A stretch of DNA of 20,000 nt from Deltaproteobacteria bacterium (GTDB lineage Bacteria; Myxococcota; JACRCW01): contig JACRCW010000092.1 of NCBI GenBank assembly GCA_016218805.1, positions 109,013-129,012 on the forward strand. The letters run 5' to 3'. Position numbers and translations under genes: made by a program. Below the pieces are notes generated by a model. That model saw only the letters and a program-made list of their open reading frames with translations. It was not told the origin of the DNA and did no database searches. Position 1 is the first letter of the stretch, and every line of letters starts with the position of its first letter. Positions 1-7,631 of this stretch are shown piece after piece.

Positions 1-1179
1 ATGGACACGTTTGACGGCTCTACGTGGAAGACCTCCGCCGCACTGCGCGCGCCGCGTCCCGCGCCCGTCCCGACGGGTGACGCCACCACCACCGTGGATT
101 TGCTCACGCTGGAGGACCTGGCGGACATCCTCCCCGCACCGGCCGGGACCTTTGCGGTGCGGGGCGGTGCGCCGGGCTGGGAGGGCGCGGGGATCCTGCG
201 GGACACGCTCCCGGCGGGGCGGACGTTGGTGCTGCGCCACACGGTGGACCCTGGCACGCGCGAGGTGGTGCCGCCCGCTCCGCGTGACACGGCGCTGCCG
301 GAGGACCTGCGGGACAGCCTCGCCGCCATCGCCCGTCCACTCGTCGGGGAAGCGGCCACCGCGGACACTGCGGCCCGCGTGTTGGAGTCCTTCTTCCAGG
401 AGAACTTTGAGTATTCGCTGGAGGTGGACCTGCGCGGCCGTGGCCATCCGCTGCTGACCTTCATCCGCGAACGCCGGCCCGCCTACTGCGTGTACTTTGC
501 CTCCGCCATGGCGGCGCTGCTGCGCAGCGTGGACATTCCGGCCCGGCTGGTTGGCGGGTTTGTGCCGGAGGAGTTCAACACGGTCACCGGCCGCGCCCTC
601 ATCCGCGAGCGTGACGCGCACGCCTGGGTGGAGGTGTACGTGGCGGCGCAGCAGCGCTGGGTGCCGTATGACCCCACGCCGTGGCGCGGGCGCAACGCCG
701 TGCTGGGGCTGGACCGGCGGCCGGCGTGGCTGGCGGACCTGGGCACCGCCGTGCGCAGCGTGGCGCGGCGCGCGTGGTACCGCGTGCGGAACGACCCGCT
801 GGGTGCGCTCCAGGACGTGGTGCTGTCTCCCGTGGGCGCGCTGGCGGGGATGGCCGCTGCGGCGTGGTGGTGGCGGCGGCGGCGCGGGACGGCACAGCGC
901 GTGGCGCTGCTGGGCGCGCTGGCTGCACCCGCGGAGCTGCGCGCGCTGCACGCGCGCTTCACGCGCGCGGTGGTCCGGCTGGCCGGCACGCGCCCGCACA
1001 GCGCGGAGACGGATGACGAGTTCCTGCTGCGGGTGGGTGACCGCCTGCACACCGGCGCGGCCGGCGACGCACACCGCTTTCTGCATGCGTGGCAGCGTCT
1101 GCGGTTTGCCGGTGACCCCACGGCGCGGGCGGAGGCGGACGGGGCCCTGGCCTCGCTTGAAGCGGACGTTCCACGCTAG
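1..1179 (+). CDS. Transglutaminase-like (TgpA-type) membrane protein, C-terminal part; probably 5'-truncated by the window edge
   Basis: Cys-His-Asp triad motifs AYCVYFASAMAALLR, IPARLVGGF, DAHAWVEVY, WVPYDPTP. Then a hydrophobic helix ending WWWRRRR and a DUF4129-like tail (AETDDEF...RLRFAG). The family normally has an N-terminal multi-TM region, so the ATG at 1 is probably internal. Confidence 0.88.
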   Translation: MDTFDGSTWKTSAALRAPRPAPVPTGDATTTVDLLTLEDLADILPAPAGTFAVRGGAPGWEGAGILRDTLPAGRTLVLRHTVDPGTREVVPPAPRDTALPEDLRDSLAAIARPLVGEAATADTAARVLESFFQENFEYSLEVDLRGRGHPLLTFIRERRPAYCVYFASAMAALLRSVDIPARLVGGFVPEEFNTVTGRALIRERDAHAWVEVYVAAQQRWVPYDPTPWRGRNAVLGLDRRPAWLADLGTAVRSVARRAWYRVRNDPLGALQDVVLSPVGALAGMAAAAWWWRRRRGTAQRVALLGALAAPAELRALHARFTRAVVRLAGTRPHSAETDDEFLLRVGDRLHTGAAGDAHRFLHAWQRLRFAGDPTARAEADGALASLEADVPR

Positions 1180-1256
1180 AGTCTGTGTTACGGGTCCCCG
1201 CCGTGCGGGGCGTCGCTGGATGTGCTGGACGGTCACCCGTGGACTGGCAGACGTAG

Positions 1257-3344
1257 ATGGCCGTGGACCCGACCACCGCCAAGGATCCTGCAGCCGAGCC
1301 GGGGCACGGCAGCGCCGACACCGCAGTGCCCGCCGGGGACGGCTACGAGAACGAACTCACGGCCACCCGCCAGGCCCTCCGCGACACCGAGGAGCGCCTC
1401 AACACCATCGTCAATGCGCTGCACCACGTGGTGTGGTCCGTGGAGCCCCGGACCGGGCAGGTGCTTTACGTCAACGGTGTGGCGGAGCTGGTGTACGGCC
1501 GCTCGCTGGATGCGTTGTACCTGGGCCCCGGTCCGTGGCGTGACACGGTCCATCCGGAGGACCTGGTGGCCTTTGACCAGGCGTTGGATGAGCTGCGGGC
1601 AACGGGAAAGTGCGAGGTGGAGCACCGGATTGTCCGCGCGGACGGCGTCACGCGCTGGGTCCACACGCGCGCGCGCACCAACTACCGGGCGGACGGCAAG
1701 CCGCGCGAATGGGAGGGCATCACCACGGACGTGACGGAGGGACGCGCCGCCGTGGCCGCGCTGCGCGCGTCGGAAACCAACTTCCGCTCACTCATTGAGC
1801 GCAGCCCGGACGGCATGCTGGTCCACCGCGACGGCGTGGTGGTCTACGCCAACCGGGCGCTGCTGGACTTGCTGGGGGGCGCCGCCCAGGGCGGTCTGGC
1901 CGGGCGCCCCCTGCGCACGCTGACCCACCCGGACGAGCACGACCTGCTTGAGGCAGAGCTGGGCACCATCCCGGAGCGCCACGTGGCGCCCTCGCGGGAC
2001 CACCGGCTGCGCCGGGCGGACGGCAGCTGGGCGTGGGTGGAACTCAACTCCATGGACCTCACCTACCAGGCGCAACACGCGGTGCTCACCGTGGTGCGTG
2101 ACGTCAGCGCGCGCCGGTCCATGCAGCGACGCCTGCTGCTGACGGACCGCATGGCGTCCTTGGGAACCATGGCCGCGGGCGTGGCGCATGAGATCAACAA
2201 CCCGCTGGCGTACGTGGTCTCCAACGTGCACTACGCGCTGGGGGTGTTGGATGCGGTGGAGGCCGAACTGGGGGCGCAGTCCGCGCTGGGCGCCCGGCTG
2301 GCGGAGGCCCGGGCCGCACTGCGGGACGCGCAGGACGGCGCGCAACGCGTGACCCAGACCGTGCGCGAACTCAAGACGCTCTCCCGCCAGGATGACGCGC
2401 ACCAGGAGCGCGTGGACGTGCAGCAGGTGCTGGAGACCTGCATCCGGATGGCGTGGGCCGAGATCAAACACCGCGCACGCCTGGAGCGGGACTACGGCCC
2501 CACCGCGCCCGTGCTCACCAGCGAGGCGCGCCTGGGCCAGGTGTTCCTCAACCTGCTGGTGAACGCCGCGCAGGCCATCCCGGAAGGCAACGCGCAGCAG
2601 CACTGCATCCGCGTGCGCACCGCGCGGGACGCGCGCGGGTGGACCTGCGTGGAGGTGCAGGACTCCGGGCAGGGCATTGCCGCTGAGCACCGCGAGCGCC
2701 TGTTTGACCCGTTCTTCACCACCAAGCCGGTGGGCGTGGGCACGGGGCTGGGCCTGTCCATCTGCCACAGCATTGTCAGCGGCCTGGGCGGGGAGATCCA
2801 GGTGGATTCCGAGTTGGGACGGGGCAGCACCTTCCGCGTCCTGTTCCCTCCCGCCGGGGACGCGGTTGAGCCACGCGCCGCGCCACCACCGCAACCCACG
2901 GTGCCCGCGGACGTGCGCGGCCGCGTGCTGGTGATTGACGATGACCCGACCGTGGGCGTGGGGGTGGCCCGGGTCCTGCGCAAGTCTCACGACGTGGAAC
3001 ACCTGGTGGCGGCGCGGGACGCCTTGGAGCGCATCAACGGTGGCGAAGCGTACGACGTCATAGTCTGCGACGTCATGATGCCGGACATGGGCGGCGTGGA
3101 CTTCCACGAGCGCCTGGTGGCCACGGGCAATCCGCACGCCGAGCGCGTGGTGTTCCTCACCGGGGGCGCTTTCACGCCGCGCACGCGGGACTACCTGGCG
3201 CGGCCGGGATTTGTCGTCGTGGAGAAGCCGTTCCACCCGCCGGACCTGCGGGCGCTGGTGGATGGCCGCGTGAAGCAGCGGCGCGGCGTGCGCGGCGCGG
3301 ATACCGCGGAAGATCCGCAGCGGCGCGCCCGACCTGCGGGTTGA
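1257..3344 (+). CDS. Cytoplasmic hybrid sensor histidine kinase (PAS-PAS-HisKA-HATPase-REC)
   Basis: Two PAS/PAC units (VHPED...HRIVRADG...W...GITTDVT; THPDE...RRADGSWAWV...VRDVS). H-box GVAHEINNPLAYV, N-box QVFLNLLVNAAQA, G1 DSGQGI, F/G2 FDPFFTTKPVGVGTGLGL. Receiver VLVIDDD...CDVMMP...LTG...EKPF. No TM segment. Confidence 0.95.
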   Translation: MAVDPTTAKDPAAEPGHGSADTAVPAGDGYENELTATRQALRDTEERLNTIVNALHHVVWSVEPRTGQVLYVNGVAELVYGRSLDALYLGPGPWRDTVHPEDLVAFDQALDELRATGKCEVEHRIVRADGVTRWVHTRARTNYRADGKPREWEGITTDVTEGRAAVAALRASETNFRSLIERSPDGMLVHRDGVVVYANRALLDLLGGAAQGGLAGRPLRTLTHPDEHDLLEAELGTIPERHVAPSRDHRLRRADGSWAWVELNSMDLTYQAQHAVLTVVRDVSARRSMQRRLLLTDRMASLGTMAAGVAHEINNPLAYVVSNVHYALGVLDAVEAELGAQSALGARLAEARAALRDAQDGAQRVTQTVRELKTLSRQDDAHQERVDVQQVLETCIRMAWAEIKHRARLERDYGPTAPVLTSEARLGQVFLNLLVNAAQAIPEGNAQQHCIRVRTARDARGWTCVEVQDSGQGIAAEHRERLFDPFFTTKPVGVGTGLGLSICHSIVSGLGGEIQVDSELGRGSTFRVLFPPAGDAVEPRAAPPPQPTVPADVRGRVLVIDDDPTVGVGVARVLRKSHDVEHLVAARDALERINGGEAYDVIVCDVMMPDMGGVDFHERLVATGNPHAERVVFLTGGAFTPRTRDYLARPGFVVVEKPFHPPDLRALVDGRVKQRRGVRGADTAEDPQRRARPAG

Positions 3345-3392
3345 ACGGCCCACCGCTACGTTGCCCGCCGGGGCTGATCACAAGGCGGGTGC

Positions 3393-3956
3393 ATGCAGAC
3401 ACGGGTGGTTCACCGCGATGACGGGCTTGCGCTCGTTGTCATGCGGCGGGTCCTGATTGCCACCTGGCAATCCGACGCCACAGAGGAACGCATTGGCCGC
3501 CTGGGTGACACCCTGCGGGACCTGGTGGCGTCCGCGCCCAACGGCGTGGGGCTGCTGGTCATCCGCACGGCACCGGGCCGGAGTCCCACGCTGGAGCCGG
3601 GCCCGCGCACGCGGCTGGAGAAGGTGATGCAGGACGTCTCCGGCAGCCTGGTGGCCACGTCCTACGCCCTGACGGGGAGCGGGATGTGGATTGCCCCGGC
3701 CAGGTCAGACATCCGCGCGCTGCAGGACTCGGCGGGCGGGCGGCGCTCCTATGCAATCTTTGACACGGTGCAATCCGCCGCGGAGTTCCTGGTGCCCAAG
3801 CTGGCGCAGGCCGCGGTGATGACCTCCGCCGTGGAGATGGTCACGGCGGCCGGCCTGGCGTGGTCACCCACCGCCGTCACACCGGTGGCGTCGTCATCCG
3901 CCGGCGGTTCGCAGCACGTGGGCGTTCCCGGGCAGCCCCGCCGCCCGGGAACGTGA
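3393..3956 (+). CDS. Hypothetical protein, STAS/SEC14 (SpoIIAA-like) fold type common in myxobacteria
   Basis: ATG start and GC-rich third positions. Pattern LIATW...GVGLLVI...R...GSGMW..ARS.IRAL...IFDTVQSAAEFL resembles myxobacterial STAS/SEC14-like proteins; recognised from memory only. Confidence 0.6.
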   Translation: MQTRVVHRDDGLALVVMRRVLIATWQSDATEERIGRLGDTLRDLVASAPNGVGLLVIRTAPGRSPTLEPGPRTRLEKVMQDVSGSLVATSYALTGSGMWIAPARSDIRALQDSAGGRRSYAIFDTVQSAAEFLVPKLAQAAVMTSAVEMVTAAGLAWSPTAVTPVASSSAGGSQHVGVPGQPRRPGT

Positions 3957-3966
3957 CTTGGGAGTC

Positions 3967-4794
3967 TCAGACCAGGCGGGTGGCGCCTTCCAGCATGGAC
4001 GCGGACACCGGGCCCGCCACGAACGCCCCGTTGACCACGTCATGGACGCGCCGGATCAGCGCGTCCCGGTCCGCCATGGCCAGGCCCGCCGTCTGGATGG
4101 GGGGATGCACGGTGACCAGGACGTCCCCCCGCCGGACCATGACCTTCCCGGGCGCATACAGGGCGTCCGTTCCGACGATGGTGACCGGCAGCATGGGGCA
4201 TTGCTGTTCAATGGCGATCAGGAACGCGCCCTTCTTGAACGGGTCCAGGCGCGGCCCGCGCGACCGGCGCCCTTCCGGGAAGATCATCACGCTGCGGCCC
4301 ACGCGGAGGCGCTGTGCCACCAGCATGAGACGCCGCTGCGCGCCCGCCTTGTCACTCCGGTCCAGGCCAATGCTGCGGCTCATCCACAGCGCCTGGCCCA
4401 GGAACGGGACGTATTCCAACTCGCGCTTGTGGACCGTCACCATGTGCATGGGCAGCGTCACGCCCAGGGCCGGGACGTCCAGGTGGCTGCGGTGGTTGGA
4501 GACGGCCACGTACCGCCCATCCGCCACGGCGTGCTCAAGGCCCTTCACCCAAACGCGCACGCCAAAGCCGCGCAGCAGCCAGCGTGACCACACGCGGAAC
4601 ATCCCGTACCCGACCTTCTTGCCGAGGTTGTCCGGCGACACCACGAACGGGATGGGCGTCAGCAACACGCCGGCAATGAGCAGCAACACCAGCGGCCAAA
4701 CCCCGACGAAGTTCCGCCACCAGTGGATCACACCCCACGCAAGCCCGCGTTCTTCCGGCGGCGTGTAGGGCGTCTTGACAAGCGCCTGTGACAT
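3967..4794 (-). CDS. plsC: Lysophospholipid acyltransferase (1-acyl-sn-glycerol-3-phosphate acyltransferase family)
   Basis: Motifs SNHRSHLD (HX4D), HKREL, GLDRS, FPEGRRS, FKKGAF, PMLPVTI, with an N-terminal hydrophobic helix. Start moved to ATG 4794 (MSQALVK) because the upstream in-frame extension is Arg/Ala-rich noise. Symbol is family-level. Confidence 0.9.
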   Translation of the reverse strand: MSQALVKTPYTPPEERGLAWGVIHWWRNFVGVWPLVLLLIAGVLLTPIPFVVSPDNLGKKVGYGMFRVWSRWLLRGFGVRVWVKGLEHAVADGRYVAVSNHRSHLDVPALGVTLPMHMVTVHKRELEYVPFLGQALWMSRSIGLDRSDKAGAQRRLMLVAQRLRVGRSVMIFPEGRRSRGPRLDPFKKGAFLIAIEQQCPMLPVTIVGTDALYAPGKVMVRRGDVLVTVHPPIQTAGLAMADRDALIRRVHDVVNGAFVAGPVSASMLEGATRLV

Positions 4795-4966
4795 GACGGC
4801 GCATTTTCCTGCACCAAAAACCCCGCCTCGCGCAAGAGCCCGCCCCGCCCCCAAGTGTCGTCGCCACGGCCCGCGGCGGACCGCCGCAGCAGCGGTGGAC
4901 AAGGCGCCGCTGCGGCGCAACAGTCCGCGGTGGCGTGCATGGGCGGCACCGCCAGCGGAGGAGTCT

Positions 4967-5392
4967 GTGCGTTACCTCTTGGCGTGTCTTGCGTGGTGCG
5001 TGGGGTGCGGCGGTGACGCGGTGAGCGGCATACAGGGTCCGGGTCACGCCGCGCGCAACGGGGAGTTGGCGCCGCCGGACGCCGCGGCCTTTGCGGGCGT
5101 CACCGGTGAGGTGGAACTGCGCGCGCCGTGGGTGGGCCGCTACTCGGTCCACTACGTGGACGCGTCCCACTACCGGATTGCCGGGCACGGGTGGATCCCA
5201 GACAGCGCAGGCACCCACACGTACGCGCGTACGGGGTCGGACCGTGCGGAGATGGAGTTTGACGACGACCACTCCGGCCGGGTCACCTGCAACATCCATT
5301 ACACCTCCACGCTGGACGGCACTTCCGAGTGCACGTATCCCAACGGCGTCACGCTCCCCAGCCGCTTCCACGTGCCGGTGAATGACCCGTGA
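4967..5392 (+). CDS. Putative lipoprotein of unknown function (141 aa)
   Basis: GGAGGAG Shine-Dalgarno at 4957-4963 just before GTG 4967. Short signal (V/M)RYLLACLAWCVG-C with lipobox-like VGC and a beta-rich mature part. The stop overlaps the next start (GTGA, 5389-5392). Confidence 0.7.
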   Translation: MRYLLACLAWCVGCGGDAVSGIQGPGHAARNGELAPPDAAAFAGVTGEVELRAPWVGRYSVHYVDASHYRIAGHGWIPDSAGTHTYARTGSDRAEMEFDDDHSGRVTCNIHYTSTLDGTSECTYPNGVTLPSRFHVPVNDP

Positions 5393-5886
5393 GCCTGCGC
5401 ACCGCACTGCTGGCCGGGGTGGTTGGCGCCGTGCTGGCGCCCGGGGCGGCGCAGGCCCAGGTGGTGTGGGTGGTGCGCCACGCGGAGAAGGTGGATGAGG
5501 GCAAGGACCCGGACCTGTCAGCCCAGGGGCATCTGCGCGCGGAACGCCTGGGGCGCGCCCTGCGCGATGTCCCCCTCACGGCCGTGTACGTCACGCACCT
5601 CAAGCGGACGCGCCAGACGGCGGCGGCCGTCCTGGCACGCGGCAGGTGGGAGCCGGTCACGCTGCCGGCGGGTGACGTGGACGGACTGGTCGCGCGCATC
5701 CGTGGCCACCGCCCCGGCGAGCAGGTGTTTGTCGTCGGGCATTCGGACACGCTTCCGCGGGTCTGGTCCGCGCTGGGCTGCAGCCGGCCGCTGACCCTCC
5801 GTCACGACGAGTACGACCTGCTGTTGCGGCTGGACCTGGACGCAACGCCGGCCACCCGGTGCACCGTGCTGCGGCAGGAAAACTGA
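5389..5886 (+). CDS. Exported histidine phosphatase (phosphoglycerate mutase/SixA-like superfamily)
   Basis: Signal peptide ending AQA. Catalytic motifs VVRHAEK, LSAQG..RA..L, LKRTRQTA, VVGHSDT. Confidence 0.88.
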   Translation: MSLRTALLAGVVGAVLAPGAAQAQVVWVVRHAEKVDEGKDPDLSAQGHLRAERLGRALRDVPLTAVYVTHLKRTRQTAAAVLARGRWEPVTLPAGDVDGLVARIRGHRPGEQVFVVGHSDTLPRVWSALGCSRPLTLRHDEYDLLLRLDLDATPATRCTVLRQEN

Positions 5887-6006
5887 CGCCGGTTTGGCGT
5901 TCTTACGCTGCCGTCAAATGCCCCCGTGCACCCAGTTCTCCCAGTGCCAGGGCGTTAGGCGGGGGACCGGCACGTCAGGTGACGCTGGCGCGCAGCGTTT
6001 CTGCCC

Positions 6007-6999
6007 GTGGACGCGCGCACGGAGACGGGTCACAGTGCCGGCGTGTCGTTGCGCAGCCTCAACCTTGGGGTGGCCCTGGTGGGCCTGGCGTGTCTGCCCG
6101 CCGCCGGGACCGCCGGTGGCGGCGCGGTGCAGCGCCCGGACGCCGCCGCCCCTGCGCCGGACGCCGCGGTCGCGCCGCGCCTGGCGGTTGCCACCTTCAA
6201 TGTGCACCGCCTGTTTGACATGACGTGTGATACCGGCGCCTGCGGCGAGACCGACTACGAAGCGCACCCAACCGCCGATGAGTTCCGCACCCGGACACTC
6301 GCCGTCGGCGCAGGGGTGCAACTGCTCGGTGTTGACGTCGCTGTGCTGCAGGAGATCGAATCACAGGCCTGCATGGACGCGCTGCAACAAGCGCTGACCG
6401 CGCCATTCCCGGTGGCCGTCCTGGGTGAAACGGGTGGGGCGGCCTCGCTGGACGTCGCCGTGCTGGCCCGGGGTGAACTGGTGGCAACCCGTTCACACGC
6501 CGCGGAAGTTCTTCCGCGCGCGGATGGCGGCGTCACCACGTTTGCGCGCGACTTGCTGGAGGTCCACCTGCGCGTGGGGACCGCGCACGTGGTCGTGTTC
6601 GCGGCCCACTTCCGGTCCAAGCGCAGCGACGACCCGGACCGCCGCCTGGCCGAGGCGCGTGCCGCGCGACGGATCATTGACGGCGTTGCCGCGACGTACC
6701 CGGATGCGGTGGTTGTCCTAGGGGGCGACCTCAACGACACGCCGGGCTCAGCGCCGCTGCATGCGCTGGAAACGGACGGCGGGCTGATACGCGTGGCGCA
6801 GTGGCTGCCGGCAGCGGAGCAGGCCACCTACCACTTCAACGGCCAGGGCCAGGCACTGGACCACCTGTACGTTCTGCCGGCCGCGGCCCCGCGCATCATC
6901 CTTGAGAGTGTCCGGGTGATCCACGACGTTCCCTTGCCGACGGGAGGCTTTGCCGGTTCAGACCACGCGGCACTGCGCGCGGAGGTGCTCCTGCCATGA
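6007..6999 (+). CDS. Endonuclease/exonuclease/phosphatase (EEP) family protein, probable lipoprotein
   Basis: ATFNVHRLFD, VLQEIE, AHFRSK, GGDLND, LDHLYV and GSDH motifs. Hydrophobic stretch ending GLA-C, then a Pro/Ala linker. Start uncertain (GTG 6007 or GTG 6043). Confidence 0.9.
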   Translation: MDARTETGHSAGVSLRSLNLGVALVGLACLPAAGTAGGGAVQRPDAAAPAPDAAVAPRLAVATFNVHRLFDMTCDTGACGETDYEAHPTADEFRTRTLAVGAGVQLLGVDVAVLQEIESQACMDALQQALTAPFPVAVLGETGGAASLDVAVLARGELVATRSHAAEVLPRADGGVTTFARDLLEVHLRVGTAHVVVFAAHFRSKRSDDPDRRLAEARAARRIIDGVAATYPDAVVVLGGDLNDTPGSAPLHALETDGGLIRVAQWLPAAEQATYHFNGQGQALDHLYVLPAAAPRIILESVRVIHDVPLPTGGFAGSDHAALRAEVLLP

Positions 7000-7487
7000 C
7001 GCGCGCGCGCCGCCCGGGGCCCTCCCGCGCCTCGTTGAGGGAAGAGCTGCTGGCGCTGCTGACCGCGGACCTTGACGCCATGGAAAAGGCCCAGCGCGCA
7101 ACGGTGGAAGGAGCCACGCACGCGGAAGCCCGCGCGGAAGACGACAAGGATACGCGCGCGCTGGAACAGACCTACCTGGCGCGCGGACAGGCTGCCCGGG
7201 TGGAGCAGCTGCGCGACGCGGTTGCCCAGGTGCACACCATGCCGCTGGACGGCGCTGGAGACGCGGTGACGCTGGGCTCGCTGGTCACGGCCGAGCACGA
7301 CGACGGCGGACTCGTCGTGTGGATCGCCCCGCAGGGCGGTGGGAAGCGCCTGGCGGGCAGTGCCGTGCAGGTGGTGACGCCGCAATCTCCGCTCGGCGCA
7401 GCACTGCTGGGCCGGCGGGTGGGTGACGAATGCGAGCTGCGGGTTGCCGGCAAGCTCCGCGTGCTGAACATCCTGAGCGTTCGCTGA
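6996..7487 (+). CDS. GreA/GreB-family transcription elongation factor-like protein
   Basis: N-terminal coiled coil with acidic tip (THAEARAEDDKDTRALEQTYLARGQ). C-terminal GreA_GreB domain (VTLGSLV...VVTPQSPLGAALLGRRVGD...ILSV). ATGA overlap with the EEP stop. Confidence 0.85.
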   Translation: MTRARRPGPSRASLREELLALLTADLDAMEKAQRATVEGATHAEARAEDDKDTRALEQTYLARGQAARVEQLRDAVAQVHTMPLDGAGDAVTLGSLVTAEHDDGGLVVWIAPQGGGKRLAGSAVQVVTPQSPLGAALLGRRVGDECELRVAGKLRVLNILSVR

Positions 7488-7621
7488 GGGAACGCAACGA
7501 CGTCCCAGGGCTGCCCCGATGCGTGAGCCTGATGGCAACCAAGTGGACTTGCGACCTCCACCTCTTGACGTACGTCCGCGGTCCTACCTGGACGGCGATA
7601 ATGGCCTTGGTCCAGCAGTCC

Positions 7622-7627
7622 GGAGGT
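7622..7627 (+). promoter_or_regulatory. Ribosome-binding site of the giant ORF
   Basis: GGAGGT followed by 4 nt and ATG at 7632, supporting 7632 over GTG 7626 as the start. Confidence 0.65.
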
Positions 7628-7631
7628 GCGC

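Noticed and set aside
1788..3353. 521-aa antisense ORF, and similar long shadow ORFs (7656-9128, 11040-12221, 15023-16429, 17268-18869)
   Set aside because: They lie opposite well-supported genes, have no recognisable motifs and are expected from stop-codon scarcity at high GC.
4775..4966. Upstream extensions of the lipoprotein ORF (from 4775) and plsC (from 4920)
   Set aside because: They would overlap head-to-head. Starts at 4967 and 4794 give sensible proteins and a 172-nt divergent promoter gap.
7533..7552. Possible sigma54 promoter TGGCA...TTGC upstream of the giant gene
   Set aside because: GG-to-GC spacing is 15 nt rather than the required 10.
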